Shown in pieces: positions 27,281 to 40,573 of a stretch of DNA of 64,000 bases. Under the pieces are notes generated by a model. That model worked only from the letters and a program-made list of their open reading frames with translations, had not been told where the DNA came from and did not search any database. The DNA is taken from contig CP158636.1 of assembly GCA_050273025.1 (NCBI GenBank), forward strand, positions 8,618,001-8,682,000. The letters are read 5' to 3'. The translations under genes and the position numbers were made by a program. The first letter of the stretch is position 1, and every line of letters begins with the position of its first letter. Source of the stretch: Cenococcum geophilum (taxonomy: Eukaryota).

Positions 27281-27969
27281 ACGGGAGAACGCGTTAAGAG
27301 CTATATTAGGAGGGCCGATATAGCAAGCAGGTAGGTATACCTACCATTTACGTTCTACTCGCTATTAACTTCTACCTCTATTTCCTACCTACTATTTAGC
27401 TTTAGCCTACTATTTAGCTCCACCTCCTACCCGCTATTAACGCCTATTATAGTAAGGAGATATACCTAGTCAGTTTTAGAATATTTCTTAGGGGGATTTT
27501 GGTTGCGATATAGTCTAGTTATGTTATTTAAAGATAGTAAAGAAGCTAAGTCGCTTAGAGGCGTAGCAGAAGATTAAAGGGGTTCGCCCAATATTATAGT
27601 CGAGGAGTGGTTTAAATCGTAACTCGCCTCTTATATAGGCTGCACTATATAAGGCTTCTTTAGAGAGGTCGCGCTATCGTACTTATTTAACCGTTTAGAG
27701 GGTGGTGTCATATATATATTTAGTGTAGTCACTACAGAAATAGGGTTTAGGTTAGTAGGCTAAATTAAAGGTATAGAGGGTAAGATAAGTTATAGTACAG
27801 GGATAAAGGCTGGAATTGGTAATAGTTGAATTTAAATTAGGATACAGAAGATAAAAACATACTAAAAGAGGAAGTGGAATAAGTAGTAGGTATTAGTGCT
27901 AAGGCGGGTACTATAAAGGTGGGTGCTATAAAGGCGGGTGCTATTACGGCGAGTTCGATATAGAGACAA

Positions 27970-28130
27970 TAGGGAGGTTTAGAGGTAGTAGGGAGTTCTA
28001 GAGGTAGCGGGATAGTCTAGAGGTGGTTAAAGGCTCTAGAGAGCAGCGGTAAGGTCTAGAGGTAGCAAGGAGGTCTAGAGGCGGCGGGAAGGTCCAGGAC
28101 GGCAGCCACAAGGTCTAGAGGCGGTGGTAG
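27970..28130. repeat. Degenerate ~19-20-bp tandem repeat (core GGTCTAGAGGYRGC)
   Basis: 'tctagag' recurs at about 19-20 bp spacing. Confidence 0.65.
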
Positions 28131-31100
28131 AGAGGTTGCTTTATAGAAAACGCGGTAGAGAAGAAGGCGAAAGGCAGTGGCAGAGAAGTTAGATAGCGGA
28201 AGGTAGTAAAAAAGGTATTAAACCGCGAATTCATATAAGACTAGGAGGAGATTTAAAGCGGGGGAAAGGCGGTAAAATCGCGAAAACACGTAGCCCGATC
28301 ACGTTTTTTATTAGTAAGGTTTTTTCCAGGGGGGGGAGGCAGGCGGTTGGCGGTTAAGAAGGGCCTTTTATTACTTTATTCCTTAAGGCATGCAAGTTTT
28401 TAACTTTAATCTAATATATATATAAACGATAATGAGATACTTTTAATATAGAAGCAACTAGATAGAAAAATAATACTAAGCTAAAGAAATCCTAATTAAT
28501 GCCTTAATTCTTAACGCTAGAAAATAAAAATATAATTGCGAAAGTCTTTTCTTATAAGAAATTTCTTATTTCTTTAGCTTCTTAGAGGCTCTATCTACGG
28601 TATAATCCAACCTTCTCTTGCATATCCCTCTCCTTAATAGATCTTCTAATTAATTGTCTAGCGTCTCTCCTAGTTAGTCTCTTTGCTTACTTCTCTAAGC
28701 TATCTCTATTATAATATCTTTAAGCAGTTTATATATTCTAGTATAATAACAAAGGTAATATAGATTCTTAGTATAGAATAATATAAGTCTCTTATACGGT
28801 ATACCCGCGGGTAAAACCTAGGTAGGATACTAGTATACTATAGTAATAGGACTAAATATAAATATAATATATCTATATCTAGGGTTTCGGAGACGCTTTA
28901 AGTCCTTTATTATATAGTAAGTTAGCAACCATAATAAGAGATACTTTAGTTGTCCGTCTAAAATTATAGCATCGGAAATTATTAATACTTTAGTTAGGGG
29001 AAATATATCTTTAAGGAAGTTTATATAATTGGCTAAACTATTTTCTACTTAACTATTAGTATTACTAAAAAATATATAGGTGTTTTATAAACATACCTAG
29101 AGGTACTAGTAAACCTTTAATATGGCCCTCTTTTAGTTAAGATAAGTTTGTTTTAGCCTCGCCATAGCTCTTTATTAGCTTAGGTAAGACTATTTTAGTT
29201 TTACTGCGGCCTTTTAGGCTCTTAAAGTAATTGGTATACATTTCCGTATCCTCTTATATATTACCCTCCGTATTATCGTCAATTTTATAAAAGTTGACCT
29301 TATTAGGTATTTAAGTAGGCGTATAAGGTATCTATTTCTACATAGGGTTAAAAAGCTGCAATTGTTTTTTCTCCCTACTAGCAGATACTATGTCTTTATT
29401 ATTAATACGATTTTAGGATAATTTAAGGTTTCTAGTAAGTTAATAAATAGGTATATTATCTTCAGGGCGATAGTATATTATAATGTTTTTATAAGTACCA
29501 ATTAAGGACCTATAGGTTATATTAGCAACGTATCTAAGCTTAGTTAAGGTAATATATATAATGTCTAGTATTTTTATAGGGATGGTAAGAGATATATAGT
29601 CAAGAAGTCAAATTTAAAGGTAAGTTAAATTAATAGCATATAAAAACCAGGACCACAACGCTTATATTCCATTTCTCTTTTAGGGTAAAGTTAGGATAGA
29701 AGGCAGAAAAGAAAGGCGGAGTATACTAGCCGCCCTTTTCCACCCTATATGGTGTCTATGGTATAATATTTAGTAGCTATAATTACTCTTAGCTTACGTA
29801 TTGTCTGCGCCCGAGACTATAGGCGCCTAAAGTAATCTATAAGTGAGGCATTATTAGGAGTAGCTATTGGCTAAGCTATTACTAAATTTAAATAGCTAAC
29901 AATCCTTAACGGACGCTGTATACCTTAATAGGGTTTAGAGGCGTTTATATAAAGTTATAAACTAAAACCGGAAGTTAATAATGACCCCTAATAACGCCTC
30001 TCTTAGAAATAGCATTATATAATCTACCTCTAACGCCTATCCTTCCCGGGGCAAGATACTGCCTAAGTAGTAGACTTATTCTAGCCAGTTAATCTTATAT
30101 ATTAACCCCCTATCTATAGTAAAGGAGCTATTAGTGCCTACGGGGTAGTTTAATTAGTATTTTAGCTAAGCCCTTTATAAGCGCTCCACCTTATATAGGC
30201 GGCAATTAATTCCTATTAATCTGCCTTGCGTTAAGGGAGATTCTTTACTTAAGGCGCTAAGCAGCTAGTACTTAGAGGTCTATAGATATATTTTATATCC
30301 CAACAATATTAACCATAACCCCTTAAGTAGCATCCCGCAACCCTTAAGTACCTATAAGTATATTGTCCCTAAATTGCTAGCTACTAAGTGGGTATTTATA
30401 GATAGAGAACCCGACTTTAGAGATAATAACAGCGACGCAGAGGCGTGGACTAGTTGCGAAAGTAACTTTAGTAATAAGAATTAAGAATAGGACGTAGAGA
30501 TATTATACGGTAGAGAAAATGGTTTTAGCACTAAAGATTAAAAAATAGGGGCAAACAGCAATAAAGAGGTGTTAAGCGACGAGGCTATATAGGCGACGGT
30601 TAAATATAGTGGCCTTAACTTTATAGTCTTAAATCTATAAATAAAGGATAAAAATATAAAGAAAAGTTCTAATAAAAGCTGGTAAAAGGGTTAAAACTTT
30701 CGCCTCTTTTTGTTTAGCCTATCGCGAAATAAAATAATATTTTACTATTCCCACCAGAGTCTCTTACCGCTTTACTTATAGCAAGCTATAAAGTATTTAT
30801 AACGATCTATGCCTTCCCTTAGATAAACTTATTTACTACCTTAAAAGCGATAATAAAAGGTAAATCTATGCTGACGACCTAGGATTTTTTAATTTTCTTA
30901 TAGACCTAGGACACATGCCACCTTAGTAAGTATTAGTCGTGTTTAAGACTAAGGTACTTATAGATTTATACCTTAAGGATATAAATATACTATTTTATAG
31001 TACTTTCTTTTTATTTAAATTATTTCTCTACTTATTATATACAGCGGTTATTTATCTATTCTAGTGTAGTAGGGAAGGGTAGTTAGGTTATATAAGGGGG

Positions 31101-31399
31101 CTTAAACTTATAGCTTCGCTTATAGGGCTGTTTATATAGGAACTTCTCTAAGTATATATAAGGGGGCTTTAAGTTATTATAAAGTTTATAGGAGTCTTTA
31201 TATAGGAACTTCTTTAATATTTCTAGATCTAGGACTTATATATTTCCTTTTTTTATAGTTCTAGTATTTTCCTAATATTTACTTCTTACTAATTGCGTAC
31301 TAGGCGTAAATAGGTACTAGGCTAAACTATAGTCACCTAGCTTACACGACTAGAGCTATAATATTAATTGCGTATTAGTATAAATAAGCATTCTACACG

Positions 31400-31883
31400 G
31401 ATTATACGACTTTAATACTACGGGCTAGGTAATTATATAAGCTTAGAAATCCTATAAACTAGATAATTATATAAGCTAGAAAATTAGGCATAGCGCCCTC
31501 TAAATATATAGCTAGGATCTTAACGGATTTAACGGCTATAGCTTTGGTTCTATAAGCTAGGAGGTTATAGGAGCTAGGCGCTCGTAGAAGCTAGGGGATC
31601 TTACGAGCTAGGTAATTATATAAGTAGGGCGGTCTAACCTAGCGCCCCCTAATTAATACTTAGTGTATAAATAGGATATTAATAGGTTTAACAACTTCGC
31701 GGCTTTAATCCTGCGAGCTAGGCAATTGTGTGAGCTGGGTGATTGTAAGAGCTAGGCGATCCTATAAGCTAGGGGATTGTACAAGTTAGGCTATCGTGCG
31801 AGCTAGGCGATCGTGCGAGCTGGGCGATCGTGCGAGCTGGGTGATTGTGAGAGCTGGGCAATTGTGCGAGCTGGGCGATCCTA
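31400..31883. repeat. 17-bp minisatellite GAGCTRGGCGATCGTGC, left half
   Basis: 'agct' recurs at 31801, 31818, 31835, 31852 and 31869; copies become more RIP-decayed leftwards. The array resumes at 38834. Confidence 0.9.
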
Positions 31884-32129
31884 GAGTCTGGAGCTCGGCC
31901 TGTGTTGCCGAAAGCTCCGGGAGTACTGGCCAAGGCCCTAAAACCTCGGCTAGTGTAGATATTTTGGCTCCGGCCCAACTTCACTAGGTACACAATCTAA
32001 CTTTTACTACGCTATATTAAGACGCTATAATTTAATTGTTTTTTAATTTTAACGTTTTTAAAGGTGGTTTTAATAATTTATTATGTTTCTATAATAGAAG
32101 AATAGCTTATAGATAAAGTAAGTTATAGT

Positions 32130-32190
32130 AGGTTATATTTAGGTTATATTTAGGTTATATTAAGGTTATATTAAGGTTATATTAAGGATC
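32130..32190. repeat. 11-bp tandem repeat TARGGTTATAT-like inside the MULE-like element
   Basis: About 5 adjacent copies. Confidence 0.7.
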
Positions 32191-32892
32191 TAATATAGGT
32201 ATAAATTCTAGAGAAGTAGAGGCAAATTAGAGTAGAAAAGGTATTTATTAATATTCTATCTATATTATTATTTAAATTTAATTAGACTATATTAGTTCCT
32301 ACTAAATCCCTTTTAGCCTCTATAGAATAATAATAATAGTATAAGGTAATAGGCTCTATATTACCTAGACTACTATAAAAGGTAAGTAAGTAACTAGCTT
32401 AATGCTAAGTATAGCTATACAGAACAATATATATAGGTAAGGCGACTTCGTTACCTAACGGATAGCTCTATTATAAGCAGCGTAAGTATATATTTAGGTT
32501 ATATCTATAATTTAATATAGAAATAGGTATCGGAGGTCGGGGTTAAGCTTAGCGTAACCTTAGGTTACGTACGACCCCCTAAGGTCCGCAACATATCGTT
32601 TAAATATCACCCCCCCCCTTAGGTGGTGGCCCCTACTTTTCGGACGCGTCTTTAAGGCCTAGGTTAGTACTAAGTTAGTATAGAGGTCCTCATTACGCGC
32701 CATCAACCTCACCGTTGCCTTAACAATCCCATTTTCTAACCTCTACTGTTCTCGTGCCTGCGCTAGCTCCTAGCTCGCGCGGGGCTTTTAATTTTATATA
32801 AAAAGGCCTACTGTAATTCTAATTCTATAATATAGAGCCCTCTTCTTCTCCTTCTCTATTAATATTTACGCGTTTAGTAGCCTTATTTACCC

Positions 32893-35434
32893 ATGCTTAC
32901 ACGTCTACCCCCTTCCCTCTTACGGATATAGAGTTTCTTAAGAATTATCTTACCCTACGGTCCACTTTACGGTCAACGGAAGCCCCCCTAGCCCTCTCCC
33001 CCTATAGCCTCTAGAATAAATTTAAGGCCCAGACAGCACGGCTATAGGATATTTATAAGGCCTAGCGCTTAAAGAATACTATAAGGGCGTACGAGCTAAA
33101 GTAGAAAAAGTAGAAAGACTGGTGCGTAAGACTAAAAGGTAATACAGACGGCGCCTAGGTAACGGAAGATAAGCTTTACTTATTTTTAGAGCAGTAAGTT
33201 ATTAATTAAGAATCGCGGGCCGCTAGCTATTAAAAACGGAAGTTAAAACGGAAAGAGATATAGAAAGATGGCAAGCAAGCGAAGAAGAGGCAGAAGATAA
33301 CCGCAGGAGGGCCGCTAGGGGGAAAGGCAGCCGTAGGGGAAGCTATAAAGGAGGAAGAGATATGGGACGAGGAGGCCCTAAACGCCCTATTTAACGAGAC
33401 AGTCCAATACTCAGTTATAAATAGCTACGTCTCCACTATTACTAAACTCTACGCGTAGTAGTTAGAAGGCAAGACCTCGCAGCTGCTACAGGGGGTAAAG
33501 CTCTTAGTAGTACTAGACAGTATCCATCGCAACAAGGACCGGATTCAACGCATTAACTTTATTAATTAAGGCCTATTTATAATTACTAGCGGCTATAACA
33601 TTAAAGGGCTTAAAAAGGCAATTACTTAGTACTAAGAGATGGGCTTTAAGATGCTGGGCTTAGTTAAGTCTTACCTTCAAACTACAGCCGAGTATTTATT
33701 AGGTTTATATATACCCTATTTAGTCTATATAGCTGCCGTTTTCTAACCCACTTAGGCCATACTACCGTTACTTAGGGTAAAAGTAGACGGGATATTTAGC
33801 TTACTAATCTTATCCTTATTAAACTAGAGAATAAAGGGCCTAAACTAAATAAGTTAGCGCTGTATATAATTATATTAATAATATAGGGGAAGCAGAATTA
33901 ATACGGTAAGGTTAAGTATATAGGCTATATGCGCAATACTAACCCTATCCTCTACCCTCTCTCTACAATAGCCTTTTACTTCTTTAACCGCTAGGGTAAA
34001 AATGGCGCCAAGAGCTTCCCATCCTTTCGGTAGCTAGAGGACTACTATAACTTATACGTTTTTCCTAGTAGCATTAAAGTACCGTAATAGCCATTAAGCT
34101 ATTATATATAGTTTAAATAAAATAAGAAGATGTTCTAGGGGGTAAAGATTTACTTAAAGGAGAAGACCTATAGCGCCTATAAGTAGAGCGTCTAACACGC
34201 TAAGCTTAGCGGCGTTAAGGAGACCTAAATTAGACGGGCCGGACGCTAGAATATAGACGCGATAATAGGAGCCTACCTTAGCTATCTACCTTATACGTTT
34301 ATGCGGTTAATCGCCAGCTTCCTAAAGAAAGAAAAGGGCTACTTTCTCCCCCGCGCGCAAGAGGTGCTAAAGGAAGCCCTCTGCTTAAAGATATGGCCTA
34401 AGACTAACGTCTAGCTAAAACGTATAGAGACCTTCTACCTAGAGAGGGCAGATAATAAGGTTATACGGCTTAACCTTACGGGCTTAGGATTTCTACGCCT
34501 CCTCCGCGCGTTTAGGGTAATCCTATTATAGGACTTAGTAATCCTACGTAAGCAGTTCCCGCTCTACCCCCTATAAAAGGACTCCCTCTTTAGCTATAAG
34601 GAGTACCAGAGGTTCGCCACGTGGGTAGAAAGCTCGCTAGCCAGCGTAGTTATACCAGACGAGATAATAATACGGAAATACTAGCCCGCCTATAAGGCCG
34701 TAGCTAAGCTAAGATATAAGGCCGCAATCTTAGAGATAAAGGGGGTTTAATTACATATGCAGACAATCTTAGAACGCCTTAGCAAGATAAAAAGGTTATT
34801 AGCATTATTCGCACCTATATAGATTTAGTAAGGAAAGACGGGCATCTAGATAGGGCCTATAGAGTTAGTATATCCGTCTTTAGACGGCCCCGTACCCGTG
34901 CCCGTACCTATACCTATATCTGCGTCCGTTCCTAAACGCGTTAACGGCTAGATTCCGTCTTTAGATAAACCCTCTCCTGTATATCTAACCCCTAGAGAGA
35001 TACTAAGGGGTCCTTAACTATCTACCGCCGCAGAGCCTACTCAGCCGTCTACTATAACGTCTACCATAACGTCTACTATACCCCCGCCACAGCTACTGCA
35101 AGCTAACGCTTAACCTCTTCTATTTATTCTTAACCTATAGGCGCCGCTAAGGAAATATAAGATACTTTGGGGCGGTAATTTGGTATTCCAGCTCTGGGCT
35201 AAGTAGACTTTAGGGCTAGTAGGTAGGCCGTTAATTAAAGCTCTTAATCGCTGCTAGGGGGCGCGTTAGCGGGTTAACGGCAAGGCTATATTCTACAGCC
35301 GTCGCCGTAGGATAATTAAGGATATAAGACGGCGCGTAGAAGACGGTACGGCAAGAGATAAGAGACAGGCTATTAACCAGCTAGAATAGCTACGAGGTTA
35401 ACATTCTTTAGATTGGCTTTATAAGAATATCTAA
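32893..35434 (+). pseudogene. CryptonF-type tyrosine recombinase (Ndc10-domain-II-like) with C-terminal GCR1_C domain
   Basis: De-RIPed 'KNTIRAYEPKQKEWKDWC...VTEDKLCLFL', 'T(R)G(E)SRR', 'GKQNQ.GKVEY.GC.RN', catalytic 'KT(H)SA(R)K' (~34165) and 'IRRAGR(W)N.DA.TGAYLS.LP' (~34230-34290). C-terminal 'VFQLWAEWTLGL.G.PSIEAL.R.WGARWR...FYSRRR.II' is GCR1_C. Probable intron at ~33703-33756. Confidence 0.88.
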
Positions 35435-35444
35435 ATAGTTATTT

Positions 35445-35625
35445 TACTGCAGTAACCAAGACGCCTTAATATATAACTGCACTACGGTAACTAACCAAGA
35501 CGCCTCTATATATAACTGTACTACAGTAACTATAATGTCTCGATATAGGACTGTACTAGTAACCGAGACGTCTTAATATATGACTGCACTGCAGTAACCA
35601 AGACGCCTTAATATACAACTGCACT
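35445..35625. repeat. Subterminal ~35-40-bp tandem repeats of the Crypton (GTAACCAAGACGCCTTAATATAYAACTGCACT)
   Basis: 4-5 copies directly after the YR stop codon. Confidence 0.75.
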
Positions 35626-37035
35626 TTTAAATTCAGAGCAACATTACGCGACCGCCCAGAAGTACCGATTAAACTTAAATTATATACCTTTTCGCCCAAA
35701 ATCGTGTGCGAAAGTACTCGGGGGCAGTTACTGCGCGACCTCATGTGGGGTTCGCGTATGTTATTAGCAGGGGTAGCCCTAACCTCGTATTAACCCGGGT
35801 CGTAACCGCGCCAAATTAGCCCCCCTAATATATAATAGATACCGCCTAATAGCCTAAATATATAATTATATAATAAGGATCTAATTAGGATATAGAATAA
35901 GAACTTTCTCTAAAATAGGTATATAAATCTTTTTATAAGGATAGTATAAGTATAAGATATAAATTATATTTTAGATAAAACTATATTATATCTATAATAT
36001 AACCTTAATATATTATTAATAAGGTTCTTTATAGCCCTATTTAAGGTCTAAATATTAGTATAATAGCTATACGTAGTACTTTAGAGTAACTTTTAGGTTA
36101 TATCTTAAAGAACTTATTTCCTAGGATAATCTAAGCTCTTTAAACTTAGATAATAGTAGGAGTAAGGGTTCTAGTACTCCTAATACTACTTTATAGCTAA
36201 ATACTATAATAAGGCGCATTTCTAGCGCCCTAGCTCTATATACTAAGGTATAGTATATTAGGCTTAGTAAGCGCCTAATATAGGTACTATTCTTCTATAT
36301 TAAGGTAATATCTAGTATATATCTGGCTTATATCTAGGATCTAACTTTAATATAGTACTATAGTAAACATCACTTTATCTATATTCTGCTAGAGGATATT
36401 TTCTCTAAATAGGATTATACTATTAGGAAGATTCTAGTTATAAGTGCTATATATCTCTATTTTATCCTAGATCTAACTATAATAAGATCTAAATACTAAA
36501 TATAATATTTATACTTAGGGAATAAAATTTACTAATAGTTATAGAGGATTAATTAAGTATATTAAATTATATTTCTAGGTAAAAACCTAAATATATCTAT
36601 ATTATAACTAGCTTTTAACCTAAAAAATAAAGAGAAATATAGGCTATATAATTTATAGTATAAAGCCTAGAGGTTAAAAAGAACTATAATTTAGTAATTT
36701 AGCTAGTATATTTATCTATATTATATCCTAGATCTAACCTACTATAGTAGCTTAGTAGACCCTTTATAAAGCTATCTAGATAGAGGTAGAACTAAATATT
36801 ATATACCCTATTAGTAAGGCAGTTAAAAAGGCTAGAATTTATAATAATATAAACTATTACTCTTCTATTTAGAATATATTAATAATATATTAATAATCTA
36901 ATTAGAAATAGAACTTAATTTTACTAAATAGAACGCTATTAGATATTATAGATAACCTTAAGGGTAATAAGCCTTTTAATATAGTTAAGAGCTATACTAA
37001 GTATCTAGGATAGGTTAGATTTTAAATATAGTATA

Positions 37036-37121
37036 GTTCTATCTTAGTTCTATCCTAGTTCTATCCTAGTTTTATCCTAGTTCTATCCTAGTTTTATCCT
37101 AGTTCTATCCTAGTTTTATCC
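37036..37121. repeat. 11-bp tandem repeat TTYTATCCTAG
   Basis: About 7 adjacent copies inside the MULE-like body. Confidence 0.85.
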
Positions 37122-38833
37122 TTTACTACTAAGTATTAAGTATAGAGTATAGAATATAGAGTATAGTAGGAGTATTTAAAATCGGCTTTTTCTTAGATAT
37201 TATAATATCTTTATATTTAGGTAATTACCTTAATATAACCTGTACTCCTTATACTTATAAGTATAAAAACTTATATTAACTAAGTTTTTATTATAATTTT
37301 CTAAGCTCTAACTCTATCTTTTAATTTTATAGTTTAATTACTTTTACTTTAGCTTTTATATATAGAACCTAGGCTTCTTATTTATAAATATTTAATTAAG
37401 ATTATTATAATATTAACTATTATAAGAATTAAGCTTATTAAGTAATAGTTATATAAAGTAAAGACTATAAGCTACTCTTATATACTAAATATAATTGGCT
37501 TATAAGCTAGATATATTAAGGATATATCTAGATAATCTTACCTAATAGTAAAATAGACCTAGAATATAGTAAAACCTAACTATTATTTAATATTATAATA
37601 GAGGAGACTAAAATATATTAGCTTTATAGAATTTAGTAAGATCTAGAATATAATATACTAGAGTAAATAGAGGCTATAGATTATAAGTGAGATTTTAATT
37701 ATACGCCTTATAAACTTTATAATTAAAACTATAGGTATATACTAGTTTTAGAAGATAATATACCCAATATATCTAATATAATAGATATAATAATATAATA
37801 ATATAAATATAATATTTATATATCCTTTTCTCGTCTTCCTCTATAATTTCCTTATAGTAAAATTTTTATAGCTAAGAGTATAAATATTTATAATAAAATA
37901 CGCCTATATAGAGTATCTATTTTCTAAAGCACTTTAGAGGCTAAAAAGAGTATATATTATACTTATTTTATCCTTTAATATATATAAATATTATATCTAT
38001 TAATATTAGAACTAAGTTATATATAAGATATATCTAGGATATATCTAGGATATAGTCTTTTATATTTTTATATATCTTAGTAATATTCTTATTATATATC
38101 TCTAGATTAGATAAATCTATAATATATTTAATTCTATACTTAGAGGATATAGAATATTCTAGTATCTTTTAACTAAATATAAGTCTTTTTATTACTAGAG
38201 ATCTAGTTTATATAATTAATATTAAGCCTAGTTATATTATAGAATTCTACTTATTACTAGCGTTAAAGAAAAGGCATTAGTAGATTATTATAGCTGGTAT
38301 TTAGGATTATATATTTTTTATAATACTCTTAATATAAGCTAGATATATCCTAGTTACTATCTTTAATATATATATATATATATTCTTCTTATACTTATTA
38401 CCCTTTATAAAAGAAGTACTCTTATAATTATTTAAAATCTTTAATTAAGAACTAAGTTGCTTTTATTAGTAGTAGTATAAAAGAACTATCTAAGATAGGT
38501 AAGTGCGTGGGGGTGCCTAGATTATATTCTAGATATATTACTAATATATCCTAGGTTATATCCTAGATATATCTTTACACAATTTAAAGTAGTTATATAT
38601 TGTTAGTTATTTCTAATCTAGAGATGATACAATCTTAAATATCCTAAAGATAGGATATAGTTATAATATTATATAATTAAGTATATAAATGGCGATAATT
38701 TTAAATAATTTTGTATTAAAACCTCATTAAGTGTGCGCGCACGGTGTTAAAGTTCATCCAGTGTAAGATTTTGTAACGTGGCGTATTTCCACACTCCCGG
38801 AGCTTTCGGCAACACTGGCCGAGCTGTATGCTC

Positions 38834-38985
38834 GCGATCCTACGAGCTAGGCGATCGTGAGAGCTGGGCGATCCTACGAGCTAGACGATCGTGCGAGCTA
38901 GGCGATCGTGCGAGCTAGGCGATCGTGCGAGCTAGGCGATCGTGCGACCAAGGTAATCGTGCGACTAAGGTAATCGTGTGACCGG
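38834..38985. repeat. 17-bp minisatellite GAGCTAGGCGATCGTGC, right half
   Basis: Same unit and orientation as 31400-31883; the array was split by the TIR element. Confidence 0.9.
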
Positions 38986-39241
38986 GGTGGTTTAGGCGGG
39001 TTATCTAAGTTCCGGAAAATGATTAAATAAGTGACTAGACGGTGCGAGCTACGCGTAACGTTAAAGACAGTTCTGCCCCATACCAGCACAGAAGAGATGA
39101 CCGTCGCATGACCGTCGCACGCATACCGAAAACACTACCTCGCATTTGGGAAGCTGGGGTGATTCTTTTCTATATTATTATACTATTCTTACGCCTACCC
39201 TATACGGACACTGTCACGTTAGCCAAGTTAAGAACGGGAAG

Positions 39242-40573
39242 ATGGAGACGGCAGAGGTGGAAGGAGGCTTAACGCGTCAACTGCGTCAGGGACGCGCCAA
39301 GACAACCAAGGCCCTTAAAGTTAACAGCTACAAAAGCGATACAGAAGATACGGTTCACGTAGCAGCAGTAGCCCCTAGTGCACCACGATTAAAGCGTATA
39401 GGGAAAAACTTACGCTCTAAGGATCAAATACTATTAATAAGAAACCTTATAATAGCTAAAAAGAGAACAGAGTAATTAGTAATAATAGCTACCATAGCAA
39501 ATTAATTAATAACTAAGAAGATAAATGTAATATTAAATAAGCATATTAAGGTGCTAACTAACCTGGTTATATTACTACTAGGGGCAATAAAGGAGCAGAA
39601 AGAGACATAAGCGAACTAAATTAAAGCTCTTACCGAAATATTCACAGAGTAGATTAACGCGCTTAGAGTAAAGGTTATGGAAAAGATAGAGGTAATCCAG
39701 ACCTAATTATCTAATATTTAAGCACTACTAAGCGCGGATCCGTTATACGCGGAGGTTACCTATACGCCGCTAAATAGTTAACTAAGCAACCTAATATCCT
39801 TCCCTTTAAGGAATACTATGCCATCAACTATTACCGACACGCTATACTACATAGTTAATATATCTAGAGTTAAAGAAAAAAATAAGAATGAAGTATAACT
39901 AGGGGTAATTAGGTAAGTAATTAAAAGTAATATATACTTAACGGAAGGCCACAAAAGCTAGCGCTATGTAGTAGTGATTAAAGACCCTAGGAACCCCATA
40001 TATATTAGGATAACTTATAGGAATAAAGCTAAGCTCTAATATATAAAAGAAGCGGCCTAAAAAACCTTAGTACCTAGTGTTTAGGTACTATAAGACCAGC
40101 TCTACCTAGTAAAAATTAACAACGCTAATTAAACAGCAGTTCTTAACCAGAAAGGAAAGATTTAAGATAAAATAGTAGAGGTGCTAGGAAAAGAGAATAA
40201 TATATATATAGCCCAAATAGGATAGCTCAGTAAAAAAGATATAGGAAAGGTATATAGATTAATGGTTATATACGTTACTAAAAGTAGTAAAGCAGTATAG
40301 TTGCTGCAGGACTAATACTTTTATATTATAGGGGAATCAGCCTATATTAGAACCTATAAACCTAAAAGCGGTCTAACGCAATACTATTAGTATTAGACAC
40401 TAGGATATAAAGCATTCGTATATATAAAACCACAAGTATATACTAGATGCGCTTAAGAAGGACATTATTATAATAACTACTAAGGACAAATTCTAAAGTG
40501 TATACTATGCGGAGGACCATATAAATTATTTAGTAAAAACTATTAAGTGCTTTATCCTACCCGCTATACATAA
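39242..40573 (+). pseudogene. LINE ORF1 (gag-like, C-terminal CCHC zinc knuckles)
   Basis: Starts METAEVEGG. De-RIPed knuckles 'C..C...GH.AF.C', 'C.RCAQEGH....C' and 'KCVLCGGPHES' at ~40380-40545. Confidence 0.8.

Larger units (their letters stand above)
32515..35832 (+). mobile_element. Crypton (tyrosine-recombinase DNA transposon) nested in the MULE-like element
   Basis: Sharp composition shift at both edges, a YR-GCR1_C gene inside, and subterminal repeats. Ends are approximate; a short TAATA direct repeat is a possible boundary. Confidence 0.7.
31884..38833. mobile_element. TIR DNA transposon, Mutator/MULE-like, 6950 bp including a nested Crypton
   Basis: ~41-bp imperfect TIRs (GAGtctggAGCTCGGCCtGTGTTGCCGAAAGCTCCGGGAGT versus the reverse complement of 38793-38833). 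A perfect 9-bp TSD GCGATCCTA lies at 31875-31883 and 38834-38842, with GAG...CTC termini. The interior is too decayed to read a transposase, so the superfamily is inferred from TSD length and termini. Confidence 0.8.

Noticed and set aside
32893..35434. Tyrosine recombinase as a Starship captain (DUF3435)
   Set aside because: The motifs and C-terminal GCR1_C domain match Crypton/Ndc10-like recombinases, and it sits in a ~3.3-kb nested unit.
31893..38825. hAT assignment from the internal CAGTGTT motif
   Set aside because: The inverted repeat extends outward beyond that motif to GAG...CTC, with a 9-bp rather than 8-bp direct repeat.
31400..38985. 17-bp repeats as a CRISPR array, or ORFs 31769-31993 and 38898-39089 as repeat proteins
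   Set aside because: Units are head-to-tail with no unique spacers, there are no cas genes, the context is eukaryotic, and a 17-bp period does not preserve frame.
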